A DNA stretch of 64,000 bases from assembly GCA_963752285.1 (NCBI GenBank), contig CAVVXN010000002.1:448001-512000 (forward strand), read 5' to 3'. The DNA comes from an uncultured Planctomycetota bacterium (GTDB taxonomy: Bacteria > Planctomycetota > PLA2 > JAEUHO01). Made by a program: the position numbers and the translations under genes. This document shows, piece after piece, positions 54,021 through 61,195 of the stretch (the stretch's first letter is position 1; every line of letters starts with the position of its first letter). The notes beneath the pieces were generated by a model. That model worked only from the letters and a program-made list of their open reading frames with translations, made no database searches and was not told where the DNA came from.

Positions 54021-55220
54021 TCAGGCGTCCGACGCCCCGGAGGCCGCCTCCGCGGAGGGCCGCCCGCGGTTTCGGGCGGGCTCTCGGGCGACGGTCCGGC
54101 CGGGTCGCGCGGCCCGGGCGAGGGCCACCTGGACGGCGAGGAGCGCCAGGAGGGACGCGGCGGCCGCGATCCACCTGCCGTACGCGGTGCCGATGCCGAG
54201 GGTCTCTGTGACGGTGCCGGCGGCGGGACGCCCGATGGCGTCCGCCAGGAGCGGCGCGACCGTCAGCGCGCTCGCCGTCGCGAGGAAGAGGCGGGCCGCG
54301 CGGAGCGCCCCCGCCGCGGCCGCGCCCGAGATCGGAGCCATCCAGCGCGGCACGGTGGACCACGCGCACACGAGGCCGAGCGCGAGGGCCACCACGACGG
54401 CGCGCCCGTCGCCGAGATAGCCCTGGACCGTGCCGTCTTCCGGTCGCAGTCGGAGGAGGGCCTGCAGGCTCGACCCCGAACCCGAGGACCCGGGAGCCGA
54501 GCCGACACCGAGCTTCCACCACGGGAGATACGTGGCCGCGAGTGCGAGCGTGGAGAGCACGACTCCGACGCGGGCCCACGCCCGGTGTCCGAGTGGCACG
54601 GTCCTAAAAGCGTCGTCGGGGCGGTCGCCCGGCTCCTCGCTCGCTACGTCCGTCGCGTCGGTTGCGAGCCTCGTCCCGAGGGTCGCACGAAGCACGAGCA
54701 CCGCCGCGAACGAGGCTCCGAGCGACGCGCCCACGAAGGCCCAGAGCCCGTACGCGGGCCCGTAGCCCCGGCGCTCGAACCCCATCTGGAGCGCCTGCGT
54801 CCCGGCGAGGAGCGCCCCGGTGAAGAACGACATGGAGGCGAGCGCAGGGGGGCTGGCGCTCCACGCTCCGAGGCCAGAGCTCCTCTTGCGAGACGCGAGG
54901 AGGCCGAGTCCGAGCACGGCGAACCCGAGCGGCAGGAGCCCACCGGCATAGACGCCGGACGTGCCCGACCCGCAGCCCGCCAGCAGCGCGGAAACGACGT
55001 GCGCGCGGGCGGACGCGTCCCCGATCTGGGGCCGAAGCCACGGGAGCAAGCAGGCCACGAGCGCGGCCAGCGCGAGCACGACCCCGAGGAGACGCCAGCC
55101 GCCATCCGAGGAGCCAGGTCGAGGCGAAGACCGAGCGCGACCCACGGGCCCCCCCTCCACGAACGCCGTGAGGATACCGGGATCGACTCGCGCGAGTGCA
55201 GTCCCTAGATGGGATGACAC
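54021..55220 (-). CDS. Hypothetical membrane protein with duplicated multi-TM domain
   Basis: Two segments each starting with LPW (ACLLPWL; TYLPWW) and ending with a YG.W motif; start uncertain. Confidence 0.55.
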   Translation of the reverse strand: MSSHLGTALARVDPGILTAFVEGGPVGRARSSPRPGSSDGGWRLLGVVLALAALVACLLPWLRPQIGDASARAHVVSALLAGCGSGTSGVYAGGLLPLGFAVLGLGLLASRKRSSGLGAWSASPPALASMSFFTGALLAGTQALQMGFERRGYGPAYGLWAFVGASLGASFAAVLVLRATLGTRLATDATDVASEEPGDRPDDAFRTVPLGHRAWARVGVVLSTLALAATYLPWWKLGVGSAPGSSGSGSSLQALLRLRPEDGTVQGYLGDGRAVVVALALGLVCAWSTVPRWMAPISGAAAAGALRAARLFLATASALTVAPLLADAIGRPAAGTVTETLGIGTAYGRWIAAAASLLALLAVQVALARAARPGRTVAREPARNRGRPSAEAASGASDA

Positions 55221-55569
55221 CTGAACCTCCGTAAATCACGCGGCCCTGCCCACGCCCGGACCCCGATGACTGCGTTGCTCGTCGTCGGCGACCCCCAAGT
55301 CGCAACCGTGGACGGGAGGTCGCCTCCTCCTCTCGACTCGTCCTTGGGGCCCAGGCGCACGCAGTCGATCCCGTGGGCGGAGGCGTGACCTTCTCGCGAT
55401 CCCAGCTCGGGCTCGCTTCGACACGCTCGTCGAACACGCCGCGCGCTCCACGGGTCGTCCCATCCCGCGGCACGAACCGTCCGCCCAAACGTCGCGCGTG
55501 CGCCCCGATTCGCCCGTGGCCCTCCGCGAGGCCTACCCTCCGACACGAGGCCGTGAGGAAGGAACCGCC

Positions 55570-55974
55570 GTGGGGACGGTCGAGACCCTCGTTCGCATCG
55601 TGGTGTCGGGCGTCCTCTCCGGGGCCGCCTACCTGGCTTTCCTCGGGTACCGCACCGACTACGTCGGCCACTTCCTCGCCGGGATGGGGGGGACGCTGTT
55701 CCTCCTGTCCTTCGCGCTCGGGCGCGAGGGTCGGACGCTCCGCTGGGAGCCGGTGGTCCTCGCACTCCTCGCGATCCTCCTCGGCGCCGGGACCGAGGCC
55801 ACGGTGTTTTGCATCGCGATCTTCGATCCCGTGGACTTCCTGAACCAGAGCCTCGGCGCCGGCATCGCCGCGGCGTGCGTCCTCGGCAGCCGCGCCTCCA
55901 CCCGCACCGCGACGGCTACGTTCCTCCTCTCGTTCGTGTTCCTCGTCGTGGGAGCGCTCTATGCGTTCGCCTAG
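55570..55974 (+). CDS. Hypothetical membrane protein
   Basis: 4-5 TM helices; DYVGHFLAG, DPVDFLNQSLG; AGGAAGGA RBS. Confidence 0.65.
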   Translation: MGTVETLVRIVVSGVLSGAAYLAFLGYRTDYVGHFLAGMGGTLFLLSFALGREGRTLRWEPVVLALLAILLGAGTEATVFCIAIFDPVDFLNQSLGAGIAAACVLGSRASTRTATATFLLSFVFLVVGALYAFA

Positions 55975-56374
55975 GCCCTGGCTCTTCCTGCTCGTCGTCG
56001 TGCTCGCCGCCGGCGACGCCTGGGTCGCGTTTCGTCGTTCGGGCATCCCGGTCGCCCTCGACGGCCGCGTGGAGCGGATCGACCTGCGCCGCGAGAAGCA
56101 CCCCGGTCTCGACGACGTGTACCTCGTCACGATCGGCCCGCGCGAGGTCCACCTCGACGACGCCGTCGCGAGGCAGCTCGCGGTGGGGGAGCACGCGCAC
56201 AAGGACGCGTGGTCCACCCGACTCGAGACCTCGCACGGTCCGATCGCGCTCGCACCCTCGAAGGACACGGGCGGCATGGCCCGCGCGATGCCGCTCCTCG
56301 TGATCCTCGCGCTCGGGCTCCTCCTCCCACGCCGAGGCACGTCCCCGGCCAAGACCCCTCGGCCCCTGACGTGA
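55961..56374 (+). CDS. Hypothetical membrane-anchored protein
   Basis: N- and C-terminal hydrophobic segments; overlaps upstream gene. Confidence 0.6.
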   Translation: MRSPRPWLFLLVVVLAAGDAWVAFRRSGIPVALDGRVERIDLRREKHPGLDDVYLVTIGPREVHLDDAVARQLAVGEHAHKDAWSTRLETSHGPIALAPSKDTGGMARAMPLLVILALGLLLPRRGTSPAKTPRPLT

Positions 56375-56461
56375 AGGTGTCGCCTCGGCGCGCGCGTCTT
56401 TTGGCGCGATCTTCACCTCGTCTCGGCACGACGTTCCCCGGGGTCGGCGATTCCTGGGGGC

Positions 56462-56929
56462 ATGGGCGATCGCGTGGCGAAGAGCTTCCTCGTGGGTCTC
56501 GTCGCGACCGCAGCGGACGTCGGCGGCCTGGCGCTCCTCATCACGGGTTGCGGCGTCTCGCCGGCCCTCGCGAACGGTCCGGCGCTGCTCCTCGGGGTCG
56601 CGATCCAGTTCCTGGGAAACAAGTACTTCGCGTTCGGTGACCGCTCGCGCGGCGTGATGCGACAGGGGGCGCTCTTCTCGCTCGTCGAGTGCGGGACGTT
56701 CGCGCTGAACGCCGGGGTCTTCCACGTGCTCGCCGTCGTCGGTCCGCTGCCGTACTACCTCGCCCGGCCGGTCGGCACGCTGCTCGTGTACCTCGCGTTC
56801 AGCTATCCCCTCTGGACGCGGATCTTCGGACCGACGGACCGGCGTCGCCGCGCGCGGTCCACACCCCCGGCCCCCACGCCGGCCTTCGGGCCGAGCGAGC
56901 CGCCGCTCCTCGATCCCGGTCGCCGCTGA
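56462..56929 (+). CDS. GtrA-family membrane protein
   Basis: VGLVATAAD..N...FLGNKYFAF; four TM helices; W.RIF ending. Confidence 0.8.
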   Translation: MGDRVAKSFLVGLVATAADVGGLALLITGCGVSPALANGPALLLGVAIQFLGNKYFAFGDRSRGVMRQGALFSLVECGTFALNAGVFHVLAVVGPLPYYLARPVGTLLVYLAFSYPLWTRIFGPTDRRRRARSTPPAPTPAFGPSEPPLLDPGRR

Positions 56930-57008
56930 GGCCCCCGCCGCGCCCGCGTGTTCGCCCCCACGCTTGAACCGGAATCGGGCGCGGCGGACATTGCCTCGTG
57001 GAGGCGCG

Positions 57009-60000
57009 TTGCGACCGCACCCGGCCGTCGATCCCGAGATCCTGCTGGCCCACGCCGCGGCGCTGAGGCGTCTCGCCCGCGCGCTCGTCCACGACGGGAT
57101 CGAGGCGGAGGACGTCGCGCAGGAGACGCTCGTCCGGGCGCTCGAGCGGGGACCGCGCGCGGGCTGGGACCTCTGGGCGTGGCTCTCGGGCGTCGCGCGA
57201 AACGTCGCGCGGACCGGAGCACGGGCGCGCGCGCGCCGGCTCCGGCGCGAGGCGGGGGCCGCGCGTCTCGAGGAGACCCCTTCGACGCTCGACGTGGTCG
57301 CGAGTCTCGCCGAGCGCCGCGCGCTCGTCACGGCCGTACGCGCCCTCCCCGAGCCGTACCGGACCGTGGTGACGCTCCGCTGGCTCGAGGGCATGTCGCC
57401 GCGCGCGGTCGCGCACCGGCTCGGCGTTCCCGTCGAGACGGTCCGGACGCGGGCGAGGCGCGCGCTCCCCATGCTGCGGGCGCTCTTGACGCGGCGCCAC
57501 GACGGCAACGAGCGGCGGGCGATCCTCGCGCTCCTGCCCCTCGCGGGCGGCGGGCCGACCCCGCTCACGGCGCTGGGAGGCGCGGCCATGGCGACGAAGA
57601 CCTACGTGACCGCCGCGGCGGCGGTCTGTCTCCTCCTCGTGGGGCTCGCCGCGTGGCTCGCCCTCGGCCGCGGTGGCGTCGGCGACGCGGCGCCTCGGCC
57701 CGGAAGGCCGGCGCTCGGTCCGAGCGCGCCGCCGCGCCTCGTCGGTACGGAGACGGAGCCCGACACGCGACCGTCGCCGGCCGTGACGTGGCACGTGGAC
57801 GCCGGCGTGAAGGGACGCGTGGTGGGGCCGGGGGACGCCCCCGTCCCCGGCGCGAGCGTCGTGTTCGTGGCGCCGGACCTCTACGTCTCGGCCGACCCGG
57901 AGCCCGCCGCACGAACCGCTGCCGACGGGACGTTTCGCTTCGAGGTGCCCGCGGCGCTCCGGTCGGGCGTGCGGCTGTTCGTGCACGCGCCGGGGTACCG
58001 CACGGCGAGCCGCCTCGCGAGGGCCGACCCAAGCGAGGAGACCGTGCTCCGCCTCGTGCCCGTACCGAGCGTGCGGCTCCGCGTCCTCGACTCGGACACG
58101 GACGCGCCGATCCGAGGCGCGGTCGTCGAGACGTGGACGCTCGAGCTCGGAGGCGAGAGCGCGGAACGCGCGACGACGGATGCGGAGGGCGTCGCCATCC
58201 TCTCCGATCCGGGGCCGGCCTCGGGCGACGTCCTGTTCGGGCCGTTCGTGCACGTGGCCCATCCCGGGTACGAGCCCGCGCGCGTCGAGCTCTGGCAGGG
58301 CGACCGTCCCCGCGCAGCGGGCGGGAAGCCCACGGAGGTGTATCTGCGTCCCGGGAGCCCGAGCCGGATCCTCGTGCTGGAGGCGGACGGCTCGACGCCG
58401 GCGGCCGGCGTGCGCGTCCGCGGCTGGTCCGGCGGCGGCCTCCCGGTCGGGGCGGGCGCGGACGTGGTGATCCCCCAGGCCAGCGTCACGTCGATCGGCG
58501 AGGGGGTCACCTCGGCCGACGGCAGCGTGCGGTTGGGCGCACCCGCGCGAGACGAGCAGCTCTTCCTCCTCGCGGACCGGCCGGGTCATCTCGCCGTGCG
58601 CTGCCTCGAGAACGGCGGCGAGGATGCCGCGAGCCCGTGGCGGCTCGTGCTCTCTCCCGCCGGGTCCGTCTCCGGCCGCGTCGTGGACGCCTCCGATCGC
58701 CCCATCCCCGGCGCGCACGTCGAGACGGACTGGCGCGCCTGGTTCCCTACCCGAGCCGATCGCGCCGCGGGCGACGGTTTCCCGAGGGCGTACCCCCCTC
58801 CCGCGCTCTACGAACGCGTGGCCGTCACGTCCGGGCCCGATGGCCGCTTCACCGTGCCGTGGGTGGTGTGTCCTGGCGGTCGGACCCGGGTCTGGGCGTA
58901 CGCCGCGGGCCGGGAGACCGCGAGCGAGGACGTCCTCGCTCCGGCCGAGGGCGCGCCCCGCGACGAGGTCGTGCTTCGCCTTCCCCTGCGGGAGGACGCG
59001 TGGACGGTGCGCGTCCACGACGCGTCGGGCCACCCGATCGAACGGGCGCTCGTGGGACAACCTCGAACGTATCCGATGACGCGGACCGACCGGCTGGGCG
59101 TGGCCCGCCTCGTACCCGTCGCCGCGCCGGGAGAGCCGGCGTTCGTCTTCGCCTCGGCGCCCGGCTTCGCGTCGGTCCGGGTCGAGGTCGATCCGGCGTC
59201 ACCGGACCGCGCCCTCGACCTCGCGCTGGGACCCGCGCGGTCCCTCGAGGTCCGGACGATCGACGAGACGAACGGTCCCGTGCCCGCGTCGGTCGAGGTG
59301 TACGCCGGCGACCTCCCTCCCTCGGTCGAGCTCCCACTCTCGACGGCGCTCGACGTGCGGCGCCTCGCCGAGGGCATCACCGACACGGGCGGGGTGGTGC
59401 GGTTCGACGACCTGCCCCCGGGGGACCTCGTCGTGTGGGCGGGGCGACCGGGCGCGGGCCGCGGGGGCGTGCGGACCTCGGTCGGGCACGAGCCGGGCGT
59501 CGAGCTCCGCCTTCCCGGTCGCCACGACGATCCCGCGGCCGGCTCCGTCGTCGAGGGCCACGTGGTGGACGTCGAGGGGCGCGCCGTCCTCCGGTACCGG
59601 GCCACGATCGAGTCGGACTCGGTGGCGCAGGGCGCCGCGCTCGAGGGCCGCCGGTTCCGGTTCGAGGGTCTCCCGCCGGGAGCCTACGACCTCCTGGTCA
59701 CCCCGCGGGGGGACTGGAAGCGGGTCATCGTGCCCGTCGTCGTGCGCCGGGGCGAGGACGTCCACGACCTCACGGTGCGCGTGGGGGAGGGCGCGAGCGT
59801 TCTCGGGGTCGTCGCGGCGCCCGCGAACACGAGCGTCGCGCGCCTGCGCGTCCTGGCGATGGCCGTCGGTACGCGTCGCGCATGGGGAACCAGCGCCGAC
59901 GTGGGCAAGGACGGTCGTTTCGTGCTCGAGGGCCTGAACGCGGGACGCTACGCCCTCCGTCTCAGCGCCGAGGGCGGCGCTCACGACTCTCCGCTCCAGC

Positions 60001-60365
60001 TGGTGGACGCGGTCGTGGACCTCGCGCCGGGCGAACGCCTCGAGCGGACGTTTCGTGCCGTCGGGGCGGTGCGCCTGTGGCTGCGCGGCGACGATCCCTC
60101 GCTCGCGGACCGCCCCCCGCCCGTCCTCACGGTCGCCACGCAGTCGGTGGACAACGTCTCTTCCTGGGTCGTGATCGAGCTCCAGGACGAGGCCGGCGCC
60201 CGCCAGAGCGCGGGAGGCCTCTACCGGGAACGGACGCGCACTCCGTTCCTGCTCGTGCCGGGTCGATACCATCTGCGGGTCAGCCATCACCGCCTGGGTC
60301 GGTACGAAGCCGACCTCGACGTACGGGGCGACGACGACGTGGACGTGCTCGTTCACCTCGAGTAG
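57009..60365 (+). CDS. ECF sigma-70 factor with TM helix and long extracytoplasmic extension of carboxypeptidase-regulatory-like domains
   Basis: sigma2 LRRLARAL..AEDVAQET, WLSGVARN; sigma4 ALPEPYRTV..GVPVETVRTR; TM; repeated GRVV...P.PGA.V..T..DG.F beta-sandwiches; start could be 56964 or TTG 57009. Confidence 0.85.
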   Translation: MRPHPAVDPEILLAHAAALRRLARALVHDGIEAEDVAQETLVRALERGPRAGWDLWAWLSGVARNVARTGARARARRLRREAGAARLEETPSTLDVVASLAERRALVTAVRALPEPYRTVVTLRWLEGMSPRAVAHRLGVPVETVRTRARRALPMLRALLTRRHDGNERRAILALLPLAGGGPTPLTALGGAAMATKTYVTAAAAVCLLLVGLAAWLALGRGGVGDAAPRPGRPALGPSAPPRLVGTETEPDTRPSPAVTWHVDAGVKGRVVGPGDAPVPGASVVFVAPDLYVSADPEPAARTAADGTFRFEVPAALRSGVRLFVHAPGYRTASRLARADPSEETVLRLVPVPSVRLRVLDSDTDAPIRGAVVETWTLELGGESAERATTDAEGVAILSDPGPASGDVLFGPFVHVAHPGYEPARVELWQGDRPRAAGGKPTEVYLRPGSPSRILVLEADGSTPAAGVRVRGWSGGGLPVGAGADVVIPQASVTSIGEGVTSADGSVRLGAPARDEQLFLLADRPGHLAVRCLENGGEDAASPWRLVLSPAGSVSGRVVDASDRPIPGAHVETDWRAWFPTRADRAAGDGFPRAYPPPALYERVAVTSGPDGRFTVPWVVCPGGRTRVWAYAAGRETASEDVLAPAEGAPRDEVVLRLPLREDAWTVRVHDASGHPIERALVGQPRTYPMTRTDRLGVARLVPVAAPGEPAFVFASAPGFASVRVEVDPASPDRALDLALGPARSLEVRTIDETNGPVPASVEVYAGDLPPSVELPLSTALDVRRLAEGITDTGGVVRFDDLPPGDLVVWAGRPGAGRGGVRTSVGHEPGVELRLPGRHDDPAAGSVVEGHVVDVEGRAVLRYRATIESDSVAQGAALEGRRFRFEGLPPGAYDLLVTPRGDWKRVIVPVVVRRGEDVHDLTVRVGEGASVLGVVAAPANTSVARLRVLAMAVGTRRAWGTSADVGKDGRFVLEGLNAGRYALRLSAEGGAHDSPLQLVDAVVDLAPGERLERTFRAVGAVRLWLRGDDPSLADRPPPVLTVATQSVDNVSSWVVIELQDEAGARQSAGGLYRERTRTPFLLVPGRYHLRVSHHRLGRYEADLDVRGDDDVDVLVHLE

Positions 60366-60474
60366 CCCACCCTGCGGCGGACGAGCGGCACCCCGGATCC
60401 GCCGAAACGAAGAGCGTCCGCTCCCGGAGACCGTCGCATCGCGTCCGAGAGCGACGTCCGCACGCCCGGAGGGA

Positions 60475-60548
60475 TGGAGGCGCCGTCCGGAATCGAACCG
60501 GAGTGCGCGGATTTGCAATCCGCTGCCTAACCACTCGGCCACGGCGCC
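60475..60548 (-). tRNA. tRNA-Cys (GCA)
   Basis: Reverse complement GGCGCCGTGGCCGAGTGGTTAGGCAGCGGATTGCAAATCCGCGCACTCCGGTTCGATTCCGGACGGCGCCTCCA: full cloverleaf, anticodon GCA, encoded CCA. Confidence 0.97.
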
Positions 60549-60549
60549 C

Positions 60550-60622
60550 GGGTCCGGGCTGGGGAGTTGAAACCGGGTTCGCCGGATTGGCAAGCCCGGT
60601 CCGAGGTCGGAGGTCCGCCCGC
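60550..60622 (-). pseudogene. Degenerate tRNA-Gly(GCC)-like sequence
   Basis: 73 nt directly upstream of tRNA-Cys: GCGGGCG 5' end, CCGGG-C-TTGCCAA-TCCGG anticodon arm, GGTTTCAACTCC T-loop remnant, partial acceptor stem, ends ACCC; D-arm lost. Confidence 0.55.
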
Positions 60623-60917
60623 GGCTACGGGCTGCGGGCCGGCGGTGGTGCGTCCCGGGCGCCGGCCGCCGGGGGCGGGAGTCCGGGCGGAGCCCGTCGC
60701 GGCGTTGCGTCGCGGCGCTGCGGAGCCGAGGGTCCCCCGGAGCCGACGGCGTCCCGGAGTCGCGGGCGGCGCGGCGCCGGGGCCGGGACAACCGGCGGGC
60801 GCGGTCCCCGCGGGCGTGGGGCCGGCCTGGGTCACGGCGGCCCGGCGTACCGAGCGTCGGTCCCTGCGCGTCGGGCCCCCGCCTTGGCGAGGGCGCGCCG
60901 GCGCGCCTGTTTATTCG

Positions 60918-60972
60918 TTCGTGTGCGAATCGATTCACTTCGTGTGCGATACCCATCGCAGGATCGCACGCG
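60918..60972. promoter_or_regulatory. Direct/inverted repeat cluster in the divergent intergenic region, putative operator
   Basis: TTCGTGTGCGA at 60918 and 60939; GAATCGATTC palindrome; TGCGAT-ACCC-ATCGCA. Confidence 0.4.
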
Positions 60973-61195
60973 CGGTACACACCTCGGCAACCCGGTAACC
61001 ATCCCCCGCTTGGCGGCGGTTGCGTCGAAGTTCCAAGACGCCCGGCGCGCGATCGCATTTCGTGCGGTCCCCGACGGGGCGAGAAGAGAATTACGCGGTA
61101 GCTACCTCGAGCGCGCCGCGCGGTGCGACGTTTGCCTACAAGAGTCGGGCGGGTACCCGAAACGCAACCGCGGGCTCGCTCCAAGGAGAGGCGTC

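Noticed and set aside
49707..55208. Very long Arg/Pro/Gly-rich ORFs (also 16971-20927, 36672-41645, 25632-29033, 61199-63997 and others)
   Set aside because: Shadow or antisense frames of real genes in high-GC DNA; no recognisable motifs.
55221..55569. Possible ncRNA or riboswitch in a long intergenic region (also 17399-17468 and 61000-61190)
   Set aside because: No recognisable family consensus; only generic GC hairpins.
60475..60548. tRNA-anchored integrative element
   Set aside because: No integrase was seen and no duplicated tRNA 3' end was noticed in the window.
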